Origin: the human T2T-CHM13v2.0 reference genome, Homo sapiens
Length of the DNA stretch: 64,000 nucleotides
Assembly: GCF_009914755.1 (NCBI RefSeq)
Contig: NC_060943.1
Reading direction: 5' to 3' (one strand)
Shown: piece after piece, positions 26,002 to 44,986 of the stretch
Layout: each line of letters opens with the position of its first letter
Numbering within the stretch: the first letter of the stretch is position 1
Position numbers and translations under genes: made by a program
Notes under the pieces: generated by a model
Database searches by the model: none
The model's input: only the letters and a program-made list of their open reading frames with translations
What the model was told of the DNA's origin: nothing

Positions 26002-26290
26002 GGCCTGGCACAATGGCTCATGCCTGCAATCCCGGCACTTTGGGAGGCTGAAGTGGGAGGATCGCTTTGAGGTCGGAAGTTTGAGTCCAGCCTCATGCAC
26101 ACAGTGAGATCTCATCTCTACAAAAAAAATTTTTTTTAATTAGCTGAGTGTAGTAGTGCACCTGTAGCACCAGCTACTCAGGAGGCTGAGGCAGAAGGAT
26201 CCCTTAAGCCCAGGAGTTCGAGGTTGCAATGAGCTATGATCAGGCCACTGCATGCAACCTAGGCAAGAGTGAGACCCTGACTTAAAGAGG
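26002..26290 (+). mobile_element. AluJ-like element
   Basis: Diverged Alu dimer. Confidence 0.85.
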
Positions 26291-26904
26291 GAAAGACAGA
26301 GAGAAGCTCCAACCTTACTTGAATCCTGACATGAACACGTTAATTTTAAAAGATGTATGTCCACACACACAGAGCTTCCCTCAGTTTTTGCAGGGAACTA
26401 GCTGCAGGCTCTAGAGAGCTGACTGTGTGTGTGAGAGATGATAGGGGAAACTGATGGTATTGGGCATGTGATAATGTTAAAGAATTACTAATTTACCAAT
26501 TTCTAGCCAGAATGATATTGTGGTTAGGGTTTTTGTTTTAAGAATCTTATCTTACAGGCACAGCAGGAAATATTAGCAGATTAGAAGACGTGATGTCTAG
26601 GACCTGATTCAAAACAACCCTTGCGGGGAGAGAGGAGAAAGCACCCCATGCAGGCTGGCGGCTGTGGGAGCCGGAGGTGGGGGGCGGCTGCTCTGCCATT
26701 CTCTCTGCTTCTGTGTATGCTTTTTACGTCATCTATATTAGAAAGGAGAATTAAATAGATAAGCTTGGCTTGGCCCCCAGCCTGCCTCACAGCTCTCAAT
26801 TTGAATTCAACACCACCTGTGTCCCTTCCACCCTGCCCCTGTCCTGGAGCTGGGAAGACAGTGGGGAACCAGGCAAGTCCCCGCCATGGAGCCCAGATGG
26901 AGCC

Positions 26905-27057
26905 CTCCGCCAGGGCCTTCTCCAGCCAGCAGCAAACACCTTCTCCGCCAGGGCCTTCTCCGGCCAGCAGCAAACGCCTTCTCCACCAGGGCCTTCTCCG
27001 GCCAGCAGCCAAACGCCTCCTCCGCCAGGGCCTTCTCCGGCCAGCAGCAAACGCCTT
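26905..27057. repeat. Minisatellite, 4 copies of a 38-bp unit (ctccgccagggccttctccggccagcagcaaacgcctt)
   Basis: Units at 26905, 26943, 26981 (39 nt) and 27020; few substitutions, no spacers. Confidence 0.95.
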
Positions 27058-27702
27058 GCTCTGCTTCAGGCGGCTACCTTGGAACTAGGCAGCGAGCCCT
27101 GTGGGGCTGGGTGTGGGGCCACAGGCCTTACCCCGCCACGCCTTAGTCAGTCCACACCAACACTCCAGGAGGGCATCACTCTCTCACCAGCTGCTAGGAG
27201 AGGAAGCTCAGGTTTCGTGGCATCTGGCCATTTACCGAAGCCTCACAGAACCAGTAAGTGCCAAACCCACTAGTCCACACATGAAAAGCCTCTCGCGTCC
27301 ACAGAGCCCTGCCCCTCCTCTGGACACAGCTGTAAGGCACTAGGCTCTCGCGTTCACCGGTCCACGGCATACTGGAATGGGGCTGACACACAGTCCGGCA
27401 AGAAAGCAAGGGAAGACAGAAATGTGGAAAAAAGACGCCCAAGAGGCAAACAACCTCATCCCTGAAATCCCACGTCCAGGATGCGATCCGACCGAAATAC
27501 CCACAGAGTATAAACCAACGTACGAGGGGTCACCGAGGCACCCCTGCAGAGGGAGACCCGGAGATGCCAAATGTCCCCCCTAGTCAGATAAATGACAGCT
27601 GACACAAATGCCAGGGAACACGACATGGACCCTGGCCAGAACCAGGCACAGCGGCCTGTGCTGACGCCGGAGGGCCACGGGCAGGGAGTTCAGAGGTGTG
27701 AG

Positions 27703-28015
27703 TCACACTCACGCCCACACATGCACACACGCATGCGTACACACACCCACACTTACCCACATGCACACCTGTGTACTCACACATGCACATGCACACACCC
27801 ACCCACACACCCATGTACACACACTCATACACGTCCATACTCATCCCTCACCTACCTGTGTACAAACACACACACAAACACACCCGTGTACACACACACC
27901 CCCACACTCATACACTCAGACTTACACACACACCTATGTACATATACACACCCACTCACATCCACACACCTGTACACATACACACTCACATGCACACTCA
28001 GACTCACGCACACAG
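27703..28015. repeat. Degenerate (CA)n low-complexity tract
   Basis: cacacac/catgcac/tacacac units. Confidence 0.9.
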
Positions 28016-31000
28016 AGAACTGTTTTGGCAGGACAAACATTGCTTATCATGGAGAGGATTTCAATTCCTTGTAATCTGCATATATCACCTTGGCTTTGTC
28101 ATCAAAAGAAAAACTTTTTTTTTTTTAAGGCTTAGGTAAAACAGCACCATGTGGGCTGAAAACCTCTGACCAGGAGTCAGAGGACTCCTGGATGCTGAAG
28201 CGGCTCAGCACTGGCTCACTGTGTGACCCTGGACGGGCTGCTGCACCTCTCTGAGCCTCAGAGAGAGGCAGGAATCAAACAGGAAAGAGGCAGAAAGGCC
28301 ACCGGTGCCTCTGGCTGGGAGGACAGTGTGGGCAGCATTAGCCCAGGCCCCTTCACGCCTGCCTGACCGCTCAGCCTGGGAGGCCAGGGAGACCCCAGAG
28401 GCCCCGCCCCCTCCCACACATGTGCTCAGGGCCTGCAGCCCCATGTGAAACAGCGAAAGCCAGCCACCTACAGGCCTGCCTGGAAGAGGCTGGCCCTGGT
28501 CAGGGGAGGCGGGGGAGTTTTCTTCTTGTACCCCTGAACTTCAAACTCCACTGTGGAGCACGCTGCCGCCACTGGAAGGAGCTCGACAGACACAGCAGGT
28601 GACGCAGAGGGCGGGCTCCAAGCGGAGCTGGCACCCGGCGCAGGTGACGTTGCCCATCTGTGCTCAGCGTCCTCACCTGTGAAGTGGGAAAGGCAGAACC
28701 CACCCCATATACAGGCACTCAAGTGCTACTCCTCATCACACGCTGGCCCAGAGACCCCCGGGATACACCGTTGGGAGAAGAAAGCAAACCACGAGACTGA
28801 GAGCACCACGGAACCCTACAGCTCTCAGATTCAAAAGCGCTGTGGGGGTGATGTCAGACGCACAGGGAGAGACTGGACCCCACACTCAGCTACGAACCTC
28901 CCGAGACAGCAGGAGAATTCAGGGGCAGAGGGAAGGAAAAGGGAGGAGCTCCAGTTCCTACCCTGCGTCCTTCTGTGCTTCGCATTTCCGATAACCAGAA
29001 TCAATTCCTGCATCGATGAGCAATTAGAAACCAAAAGGAGGAGGCAGAAATGCAGACACCACATTTTAAAATGCTCTCCATGGAAACAGACGTTTTTAGA
29101 CTTAAAGTTTGGCTTCTATTAACTGGAAGCCAAACTTAATGATTTCTCCTCAGTCTGACACCAGAAAAGGCAGAAAGCAGCCAGCAACGTAAACACCTGT
29201 AAAATGGCAGTTTGAAATCTGGACCATAACAAATGAAGACAGGAGGAGGTATCCCCAAGATGAGCCCATGAAAGTCACCGGCCCAATGCTGCCAGGCTGA
29301 GAGCAGCTGAGCTGAGACCTGCGAGTGGTCAGTCCCGGGGCCTCCTGCCTCCCTCATGCCCAGTATGAGGACAGCCTCTCTCTACCCTGAACTGAGGCCG
29401 CCGGAACCCACAGCTCCTAGACCCCCGCCCCATCCCGAGAGCCCGTGTCCCCCAAGCCACTGCCAGGCAGAGTCCAGCTGGAGGCAGGGTCCATTCAGGG
29501 CTCCAGGGCGCCAGGCCCCTAGCACCCCCGCTGGACAGCACCTTCCCTGCTCTGGGAGCCACAGGGCAGATGCCTTCGTCCTGTACAGGAGGCACAAACA
29601 GTCAGGAAAGATGGCCTCAGAGAAGCCAGGAAAGAATTTTATCAGGTACATGCCGAGATAGGAAATTTGGGGAACATAATGGGCGCTTTCAATGCCCAGC
29701 CAATTCTTCCAGCCCCTTCTCTAGGGACCCAGGAGAAGGCATTCTGGGCCTCTGGGCCGTCCCACCGTCCCAGCCTTGGAGGTCCTGGGGTGGCCGTGGC
29801 GGGCGCAGGGTTGCGCAGCACCTCCTCTCTCCCTGCAGCGATGGGCACCTTCGTTCTTTCCTTGTGCTTCTCTGCCCGGCTCCAGACCCGCCCTCTAGGA
29901 AACACAGATGCATCTGGGGACCCACTTCAGGGAACAGAAGGATGCTCTGGGGAAAGACAGACTGCGCCACAGCTGGCACGCATCCATGCGGCTTGTCACA
30001 ACGCGGCAGCTCGGCCCTGCCCTGGGTCCCCGCACACAATGTGGCTTCTGTTCTGGCTCCCTCGGCAATCCACCAGCCAAGGCCTCCCCCTCGGCCACAT
30101 CAACCGGCCGATTGTCCCTGGCGGAGCGCTCTATGGGCTCACCAGAGGGGCTGCCCGCCTCCTGAACTCTGCAAGGCCCTGGGAGCCTGGGAGCCAGGGA
30201 GGGAGTTGCTTGCAGAAGCGTTGCTCCGCTTCTGCGCCAGCAGGTCAGGGGCAAGGGGAGAAGACAATGGGGGCTCAGAGGGGGCTCCCTGCCTCCCAGC
30301 CTCCCTGCCTCAAGACCTGCTCTCCCCAGTCTCAAACTGAGCGCACGCAGGGGCAGCCCAAGTGGAACCCATATAGGGCAGCATTTGCAGCTAAGAGCCA
30401 TCTCCACTCTACAGAGGGTGGCGGCTATGGAGGGCACCCCGGCTTGGTGTCCTTGGAACCTCCCCTGTCATGTGCGACTGCCTAGGGCCCCCCAACACAA
30501 GCCACCCAGGATGTGTCAGGAAGATGCCTCTGAGGGTCTTAAGGCTATGAGGCCAGTGCGGTTTAACTTACTTTTAAAACTCTCCACGTAATGCCCTTCC
30601 TGTGCCCTCGGACATCTGCGTGTGGGAGGCCACGGTGGACTGGTGATGGCTGTGGCTCCCTGTCCAATGACAGCTTGTTGCAGGGGTTGGGGAGGAGGTC
30701 TAATATTAGTGGCAAATAACCAAAATAAACTTCTTTTTCACACTTGGCCATTTCTAACACTGGACTGTCTCTCACAATCAGTGTGTACCCCTCATGTGCT
30801 TTCTCTCCTGCTCTCAGGACGGGTTCCTTCAATTGAAGTCACGGGAGACTTAGACTGAAGGAAGAGGAATCTGGCGTCAGGGGCAGGGCAAGTTTTACCG
30901 CCCCAAACAGCCACACTCCCCTTTCCTGGTGCTGTTGGTACCGGGTTCAATAGAAACAAGTGCCCCGGCCAGCATCCCTTCATGTGACTGCATCTACAGG

Positions 31001-31946
31001 GCACCTGGGGGGCTGCGAGCCGACACCGGCCACAGGAGAGGAAAGCAGGCCACTGTCATCTCAGATGACCCCTCTCCCCATCTGACAGCAGCTCTCTCTG
31101 CCCCTCTCGGTTTTGCCAAGCACACCAAGCCAGAAACGCAGGACTACTTGGCAGCCAGCACTGGCATGAAAGCGACAAAGGTGAGAGCTAAAAGGATTGC
31201 CAAGGAAATTAAGTCACATCAAATGATGCCTCAGAGAAGAGCTCCTGAGTCCAGCTGCTGATCTTGGCTAATGCCTCAAAACAAAGCAAGACAAAAATCA
31301 ACCATGCTAAAGTCTGCTGGGAACGTAAAGCGGGAACGTGGCGGGGTCACCAAGCGGTAAAGCTGAAAGAGACCCCGAGAGCCAGTCCCAGCCCGAGCAG
31401 GGCCATGCATGTCAGTGGGGGCCCCCACCCCGGGAAGGCTCGGGGAGGCCGGCAGCCCCCGGCCCCTGCCCTGCCCAGGACCAGGGCATCAAAGCCTCCC
31501 AGGTCAGCTCTGCAGCCCCTCCCGAGGCCCTCACCCTGCCTCCTAACTGACTCCAGGGCACAGACAAGCACTTCCTGTTTGGCAGCCACTGAATTCCTTC
31601 TGGGAGAGATGGAGCCAGGTCTGCATTATAATGTCACTGACCTACTCCAGAACATCATGGGACAGGCGTGGGACAGGCACCTGGCTGGGGCTTCTGAAGC
31701 CACGGCCACAGAGCTTACGCCCAAAGAGGCAGGTGAACCCAGAGGACTCGACCCCTTATGCAGGATCTAACAGCAAATGCCACCATGTCACCCCCAGCGG
31801 ATGAGCAGCTCTGCCCACCCAGCTCACCTCCCTCACACTCGCCCCAGCCCCCGCTTCATCACCTGGACTCTGCCTTTCAAACAGCTGCCCCTCCCCCTAG
31901 AAGGGACCACCCCATCCTCTCAGCCTCACATAAGAAGAAGTCAATC

Positions 31947-32267
<321 letters not shown>

Positions 32268-33243
32268 TTAAGAGAACCCAACCGACCCTTTCTAACTGGG
32301 TCCCCGTGACACACTCATAGCACCCAGCCCCTGGGCTTCCTGGAACTCATTCTGATGGGTCACTTCCTCTCCCGTGTGTCTGCCGTCTCTTGCCCTGTCA
32401 GTCTGTGAACTCCACAAGAGAGGGGAACGTGTTCACTTGGTCTTCACTGGGCCTAGACTTGGTAAATATCTGACACATGAAGAAATCCATGAAACTCCAG
32501 CAAAGAATGGAAGAAAAGCAATTCCTCCTCCTCACTGTAAACGAACATTAAAAAAAAAAAAACCCTCATTTGCGAAGAATAAATGACAAGGGCCTCCCTT
32601 ACTAGATACCCACTACCCTTTGACAGTCTCCCCCGCCTCTCTCAACAGTGGGCTTGGTGCATGCCGCCAGCGGACAGCGAAAACAGAGGCATGGGCCTCA
32701 AGTGTGGCAAAGGGTTTCAGACACAAAACCAGAAGCACTCGCCAGAAAAACAACAGTAAGACGTCCATCAAAATAAAAAACGTTTGCTAGACAAAAATAT
32801 ACTATTAAGAGAATGAGAAGATAAGCCACAGACTTGGAGAAAATATTTGCAACTCATATAGCAAGTACAGGACTTGTATCCAGAGTATATACAGAACTCT
32901 TAAAACTCAACAACAAGAAAACAGCTAACCCAATTTTTTTTAATGAGAGGGAAGGGCAAAATTCTGAACAGATACTTTACCAAAGAGAATATATGGGTTG
33001 CAAATAAGCACATGAAAATGATGCTCATTACCGTCGGCCGTCAGGGAGATGCAAATCAAAACCTAACCAGGTACCACTTCACACCCACTAGGACAGACGG
33101 CTATAATCAAAAAGGCAGAAAATGAGTTGCTGGTGAGGATGTAGAAAAATCAGAACCCTCATACCCGGCTGGGGGGGAATGTAAAATGGCACAGCTGCTG
33201 AAAAACAGTCTGGCAGTTACTCAAAAAGTTAAATAAAGAACGG

Positions 33244-34300
<1,057 letters not shown>

Positions 34301-35854
34301 AAGGAAAACAACCTGACCATATTCAAGGGCTGGCGAAGATTTGGAGCAACGGGAACTCTTCCTGCTGATGAGGCTGCAAAATGGCACAGCCCCTTTAGAA
34401 GAAAACCACTGGGCAGTTTCTTAAAAAGTTAAATAGACCCATATCATGTGACCTAGCAATCTCCACTCATTTACCCAAATGAACTGAAAACGTGGTCACA
34501 CAAAAAACCCGTATGCAAATGTTTGGGGCAGCCTTATTCATAATCACAAGAGCTGGAAACAACACAGACGTCCTTCAACAGGTGAACGAATAAACAAACC
34601 GTAAGGCACCCATGCAGCGGAACACTCCTCGAAAAAACACAACAAAACACAAAGATTCATTCATATGGCAACATGGACAAATCTAAGTGCGCTTTGCTAA
34701 GTGAAAGAAACCAGATACAAAAGGGCTACATATTGTCTGAGTCTTATGACAATCTGGAAAAGGTAAACTACAAGAATGGCAAACAGATGAGCGGTTGTAA
34801 GGGCTGGGGGTGGGGAGGGGGACTGACTTCAAAGGGACAGCAAGTGGGAATCGGAGTGGGGGAGGCGGAGTCCCGGTAGATACACGACTCTCTGCATGTT
34901 GAACCCAGAGTAAACGTCACGGAATACAAATTAAGAAATCAGTAACTAATAACCGGATGGGCAGAGGGGGCAGACCCAAGATGAAATGCAACTGAGACTG
35001 ACGAAGCTAACTGTATTACAAATGCATGACATGACCACCCCAGGGAAAGGGCTGCCACAAATAACCTTGTACCCTTGCAGCGTTCCTACTTGACAGAAAG
35101 AGCTGCACGCCAATGCTGAGCCCTAGCTGCCAACACAGGAGGGCTGGCTGTTGATGCTGAAACTACTTTCGGGGTATCCTGGAATTAAACGGGTAAACAA
35201 ACACAGTACAGATATCGGGAGCCAGGTTTCCCCCTTCAGAGACAGCTACAAGGCAGCAACTGGGGAAGGCGTGAATGAGCCCGCTGGTGCTGGATGGAGT
35301 TGGCAGCCTCAGAGGAACGTACGTTTGTTTTCATATTACACAGATAGATACAGAACTAAACACAGATGTAAAGGGTGGGGGTGGTTTCCTAGCTCTGTCA
35401 TATGAGAGAACCTAAACGCAGTGACAACTAAGCAGCAGTGAGCACACTTAGCTCCCAGATCTTGGCTTTTAAATACCATTTTCCAGCAACAGGAACTAAG
35501 GCTCCTGGGAGCAGCGGAAGATTCTAGGGCTGGGGCAGGGAAATACACAGTGAGCCTGTGGTGCCAGAATGTGAAAGCACCCCCAAAACCATGGGAACAT
35601 GAAATGACAGGCCCGAATGCGAGAACAATTTCAATAACAAACAGGTAACAACAGACTGGATTATGACCCCAAAGAAAAACCAAATACCTATGAATCCATC
35701 CGTGTTGATACAAATAACTGAATACATAAATGGAAGAGAAGGGACGGCTCTTCCTTACTGAAAAATTCCAGTTAATAAATGTAGAAAGGAAGGAGGAAAT
35801 TAAAACTACCAGTAGGCCACCACTGGGGGAGGCTAAAATTAGTGGGTGGTACTA

Positions 35855-36435
<581 letters not shown>

Positions 36436-37134
36436 TAAAAACAGACAAAACAAAACAGGTTATCTGCACAGCTTCAAAGTATCTCTCCCAAAATGGGTAT
36501 TAGTAACTGTAGTGTTTTTAACCTACGCCCACCAGGATGGAGGGGTTAATTCCTCTCCCTTGAGTGTGGGCTGGACTTAGTGACCTGCTTCTTCTAAGCA
36601 ACAACCAGTGGAGAAACCTGGCAGATGCCACTTAACCAGGAGATCAAGGTCAACCTCGGCTGTTAACCATGGATCATGTTAATATCTGGCACTTCCTAAT
36701 ATGATGGAAGAGGAAGTGCATTTACCTCTGTGGTCTTCTTATGGAACTCTATAGCCACGGACTAGCCATGAGAAAACGGCAAGTAGAGGGAGAGTCTACA
36801 TAATACCCCACTAGCACATTTCAAAGATATCAAGGTCATGAAAGACTGAGGAAAGAGACACAGGCAACAGTGCAGCATCCTGGGGTGGGTTCCACAACAG
36901 AAAAAGAACATGAATTGAAAACTGGGAAACCCAAGGCAAGTCCCTAGTTTAGTTCACGGCGATTGTACTGATGCTACTGTCTTGGTTTTGATCACTGGAC
37001 CATGGTTATGTGAGATGTTAACATTAAGGGAGGTTGGGTTGTGGGGGAGGTCCTATGGGAATTCTCTGTACTATCTTTGCAGCTCTTCTGTGTCTAAAAT
37101 TATTTCCAAATTAAAAAAATCGTAACTATGAGAG

Positions 37135-37513
37135 ATTCCCAGTCAGGAACCATACTCGGTTCAGTAACGAAGATTTTTATGCGTCTGGAGCAGCTTGGGT
37201 GTGTGAATCTACTTCTTTGTTCAACTGTGAATTTTATGGACTCTAAATACAGATCAAGCCTTTCTGATGACGTTTCCATATCCAAATTGAGACGTGCAGC
37301 AAGTATAATAAACAGACTGAATTTCAAAGACTTGGTATGAAAAAAGAATGTAAAATCTCTCAATACTTAAAAAATATTGATTACATGTTGAAATAATGTT
37401 TTAGATACACTGAGTTAACCCAATTACTAAAATTAATTTCACCTGTTTCTTTTGAACTTTTTTAACGCGGCTAAAAAATAATAATAATAATAATTAAGAT
37501 TTCTACTGGACAG
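37135..37513. mobile_element. hAT-Charlie1/MER33-like fragment
   Basis: aaattgagacgtgc...ttcaaagacttggtatgaaaaaagaatgtaaaat...aattaatttcacctgtttc...ttctactggacagc. Confidence 0.7.
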
Positions 37514-37927
37514 CCCGGGGTCTGAGATGTTACTCACTCACTAGAACAGGAAGGGCTTTAAATATCTCTGACCACTTCCAGGACAACAAACAGATACAAA
37601 GAGAGCATTTAAACAAGACTCCCTCATCTGACTGGGCCAAGTGCACTGAGGAACCGATTTATTCATCCGGGCCACTGCCTTGTCCCGGGGCAGCCCCAGC
37701 ATGTCCTCCCAGCCCACAGTCAAGGCCACTTTCCAAAAGAACAGTTCAGCCGCAGCATGCAGAAGCCTCGAGGCCGCATGTGATGGGAGGGAGGCCACCC
37801 GGATCCCCCCTTGAAGAGCTGGAGCCCCCAGCTCAGGGAAGTTCCCATCACACATCCAGTCTGCCCAGCAAGCGCTTTACTGTCAATGCTTAAAAATAGG
37901 CACTTATCCAGAAGATATAAAGGACCC

Positions 37928-38234
37928 GGTCAAGCAAAGTGGCTCGCGCCTGTAATCCCAGCACTTTGGGAAGTCTAGGTGGGCGGATCGCTTGAGCTCA
38001 GAAGTTCAAGACCAGCCTGGGCAACATGGCAAGACCTCATCTCTACAAAAATACAAAAATTAGCCAGGTATGGTGGTGCACACCTGTGGTCCCAGTCACT
38101 CAGAAGGCTGAGGTGGGAGGATTGCTTGAGGGGAGAGGTGGAGTCTGCAATGAGCTGTTATTACACCACTGTTCTCCAGCCTGGGTGACAGAGTGAGACC
38201 CTGTTTCAAAAAAAAACAAAAACAAAGACAAAAA
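37928..38234 (+). mobile_element. AluJ-like element
   Basis: Diverged Alu dimer. Confidence 0.87.
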
Positions 38235-39460
38235 ACTCTTACAACTCAAAAAGAAAAACAACCCAAATCAAATACGGGCAAAGAGCTTGAATAGACGTAT
38301 CTTCAAAACAGGATATACAAATGGCCAATAAGCACATGAAAAGATGCTCAACTTCATTAATCATCAGGGAAAGGTGAATCAAAACCACCTACAAATACCA
38401 TTTCACACCCACAGGGATGGCTATCAGTAAAAACAGACAAAAAACAGGAGATAACAAATGTTGCTGAGGATGTAGAGAAATTGGAATGCTTGTGTGTTGC
38501 TAGTGGCAATATAAAATGGTTTGGCTGCTGTGAAAACAGTTTGGCACTCCCTCAAAGAAATTAAACATAGAATTACCATATGACCCAGCAATTCCACTCT
38601 AAGGTATACAGTCATCCCTCAGAACTGTGAGGGATTGGTTCCAGGACACCCTCTGGATACCAAAGTCTGCAGAGGCTCAAATCTCTTTATATAAAATAGC
38701 AGCATTTGCAGATAACCTATGCACACCCTCCCATATACTTGAAATCATCTCTAGATCACTCATCATGCCGAATACAATGCCTACACATCACTGCATTCAC
38801 GTGGATTCAACGGCCCCTGGCAGATTCACGTTTTGCCTTTTAGAACTCTGTGGATTTTTTTTCCAAATGCTTTCTGTTTGTGGTTGGTTGAATTCATGGA
38901 TACGGAGCCCATGGATATGGAGGGCCAACTGTATACCCAAAGGAATTGAAACCTGGTACTCAAACACATACACGCACAGCCATGTTCAAAGCCGTACTTA
39001 TTCACAATAGCCAAGAGGTGGGAACAGCCTGCATGGCCGTCAATGGATGAATGGATAAAGTGTGGGACAGCCATACAGCAGAATGTTACTTGGCCGTGAA
39101 AAGGAATGCAGTTCTTATACATGCAACAACACGGATGAACTCACAAATACGGCAGAAAGAAGGAAAGAAGCGAGACACAAACGTCACGTACTATATGACT
39201 CCATTTATATGAAACTGCCAGAATAGGCCCATCCACCAAGACACAATATAGATGAGTAGCTGCCAGGAACAGTGGCGATGGGGGGAACGGGAAACAGCTG
39301 CTTACTGGCACAAGGTTTCCTTCCGGGGTGATGAAACTGCTCTGGAACTAGAAGGAGACGGCAGTAGTACAACCCTGTGAATGTACTAAATGCCACTTTA
39401 CTTACTGTTTGCTTTAAAATCGTTAATTTCATCTCGTGAATTTCACCTCCATTCTTAAAA
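38235..39460 (+). mobile_element. L1MB-like 3' fragment interrupted by MER2
   Basis: aatggccaataagcacatgaaaagatgctcaac; gaattaccatatgacccagcaattccactc; 3' end tgtgaatgtactaaatgccac. Confidence 0.8.
38609..38931. mobile_element. MER2 (TcMar-Tigger non-autonomous element), TA target duplication
   Basis: Termini cagtcatccctc...gagggccaactg flanked by TA; the L1 rejoins as aggtata/cccaaagga. Confidence 0.85.
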
Positions 39461-39779
39461 AGGTTGGGGGGATGGGGGTGCGGCGGCACTTATTCACTGG
39501 TTGTGCCAGGAGGTTTTCTGATATTTGGACATACAACGGCTAGCCCCCTCTGGAATGAATCTGGTTCATCCATTTAGTATTCATTTAATAAATATTTAGC
39601 AAGTGCTACCTCCATGCTAGACGCCAGACGAGAACAAAAGCAGAGCCCTGGTCCTGAGCTTACTTTCGGGTGGTAGAGACACACAGACAAGTAAACACAC
39701 ATCCACATATGTGCTACAAAAAAGAAAGGAACAGTGAGTTAGAAAAAAGAATAAAGAAGAACCAAACTCAGATGACAGG

Positions 39780-40665
<886 letters not shown>

Positions 40666-41167
40666 CAACCAATGGGTCAAAGAAAAAATCACTGGGAGAA
40701 TTAGAAGATACTTTTGAGATAATGAAAACAAAACACAATATATCGAAACATATGGAATACAGTGTACACAGTGCTCAGAGCGAAATGTACAGCTGTAAAC
40801 ACCTACATTCAAAAATAAGAGTGACATCAAATCAATGACTCCTTCTACACCCTAAGGAATTAGAAAAAGAACTAAACTCAAAGCTAACAGAAGGAAAAGA
40901 ACAGAAATAAAATACGCAATAAAAGGCATAGAGTGAATCAATAAAATCAAGTTTTTTCTTTGAAGAGATCAACTAAATTGACAAACCTTTGGCTAGTATT
41001 TAAAAAAAAGAACATAAATAACCCACATCAGAAATAAAAGTGGGAACTACCAATCTTATAGAAATTAAAAGAATTATGAGAATACTATAGACAACTATAC
41101 GCCAGCTAGATAATGTAAATAAGACATAACCTTAGAAGCAAATTACTAAAATTGAATCAAGAAGTAG

Positions 41168-41506
<339 letters not shown>

Positions 41507-42012
41507 TCAAGAGACGGAATCAGAAATCAAATACTTCCCACAAAGAAAAGTCCAAGACCAGAGAGTTCACTGAACTCCATGGAACATTCAAAGAACAAAC
41601 ACCACTCCTGCTCAAACTCTACCAAAACTTAGAAGAGGAGGGAATACCTCCTAACTCACTTTATGAGGGCGGCATTACCCTGATACTAAAGCCAGACAAA
41701 GATACCACAAGAAAACCACACAGCAATGTTCCTTATGAATACAGACACAAAAATCCTTAACAAAATACTAGCAAACCCAATCCAACAGCACACTAAAAAG
41801 ATTATATACCATAACCAAGAGGGATTTATCCCAGGAATGCAAGGCGGCAGGGGGTTCCTACATAAAAATCCATCAGCGTAATACAGCACATTAATAAAAG
41901 GAAGAAAAAATCTACATGATTTTCTCATTAGAGACAGATAAGAGCATGTGACAAAACTCAACACCTATTCATGATTTAGAAAAACGTCATTCAGCAAACT
42001 AGAAAAAGAAGG

Positions 42013-42880
42013 TGTGACACGGTAAGAAATATATATATTTGGTCTCTGCTCCTAGTCCTGGCACCGAGCTGCTAAAACACTTTCTGAGAGATGGTGGTGA
42101 TAGAAGCCTGTTTTGTTTTAATATTGGGTCTTAGTCCTGGGTTCCTGACACAAAGGCCTCTAAGATCCTTGAAATCTTGGAAGTGATACGAGCATCTTTT
42201 CGTTCGTTCATGAGGTGTCTGCTGACTGAATGCCCCTAGATAGCTTCAGGATGGGGGCTGGTTGCCAGGGGAACCAATCATGTGATAGGTGGCTGGAATT
42301 TTCAGCCCCACCCCCTGACCTCTTAGGGAGGGCAAAGGGGCTGGAAATTTAGTTTAATCACCAATGGCCAATGGTTTAATCAATCATGCCCACACAATGG
42401 AGTCTCCATAAACACCTTACACAAAGGGGTTCCGAGAGCTTCCAGGCTGGCCCATCTGAGGGCATGGAACGTCAGCACCCTTCCCACATAGCCTGCCCCA
42501 TGCAGCAAGGTTTGGCCATTACTGAATCGCACTCTTTACAACAAACCAGTAATGGAAGTAAAATGTTTTCCTGAGTTCTGTGAGCCGTTATAGAGAACTG
42601 TTGAACATAAGGAGGGGCAACACCCGATTTATGGCCAGTTGAGTACAGGTGGCAGTCTGGGACTCGCGACTGGCATCTGAAGTGGGGGCTGTCCTGTGAA
42701 ACTGGGCTCTTAACCTGGGAGCTTGCGCTAACTCCAGGTCGTGGATGACATCACTGAATTCAACTGCAGGACCCCCAAGTGGTGTCTGTGGAGAACTGGA
42801 GAACTGTAATGTCTGGGAAACCCACACAGTTGGTGTCAGAAATGTTGTGAGTGGAGAACAGGTTTTTCCTTCTTCTATAA
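42013..42880 (+). mobile_element. MER21-like LTR inserted in L1
   Basis: tgtga...aaatatatatatttggtct...accaatcatgtgatag...ttcagccccaccccctgacctc...atcaccaatggccaatggtttaatcaatcatgcc. Confidence 0.75.
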
Positions 42881-43342
42881 GGGAATTTCCTTAACCTGAT
42901 AAAGGGCATTTACAGAAAGTTCACAGCTGACATCACACTCAATGGAAAAAGGCTGGAAACTCTTCCCCTGAGATCAGGAACCACGCGGGATGCCCACCCT
43001 CTCCACTGCTATTCAACACTGTGCTGCATGTTCTAGCCAGGGCAGTAAAGCAAGGAAAAGACTTTGACGAAAGACATCCAAACTGGAACCTCTATTTGCA
43101 GATGACATGATTCCATATACAGAAAATCCCAAAGAAGCCACACACAAAAAAAAAAATCAACAAAAGAAAAAAAAAAACAACACCCTACTAAAGCTAATAA
43201 TAAATTCATTAAAGCTGCAGGGTACAAGATCAATACACAAAAATTGTTTGTGCTGTCCAGAGAGGAGGTCTACAGGAAAAACAAAAACAAAATCAGCTGT
43301 GCTTCTATACACCTGCAATGAAGAATCCAAAAAGGGAATTAG

Positions 43343-43697
<355 letters not shown>

Positions 43698-44028
43698 CTA
43701 GGAATAAATTTAAGCACACAGGTAAAAGACTTATGTATACTGAAAACTATAAAATATTGCTGAAAGAACCTAAAGACTTAATTAAGTGGAAAGACATTCC
43801 TTGTTCATGGACTGAAAACTTAATATTGTTAAGATGTTTCAAAAATGACTAGATACAATAGAATCCCTATCAAAATTCCAATATAATTTTTTGCAAAAAT
43901 GGAAAAGTCAAACCTCAAGTTCATATGGAATCACAAGGGGCACAGAATAACCAAACTCATATGGAAGAGGGAAAAACAAAACACAGAGTTAGAGGACTCA
44001 CACTTGCCAATTTCAAAACTTCCTACAA

Positions 44029-44986
<958 letters not shown>

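Noticed and set aside
26905-27057. 38-bp repeats as a CRISPR-like array
   Set aside because: Units are head-to-tail with no spacers, there are no cas genes, and the context is eukaryotic.
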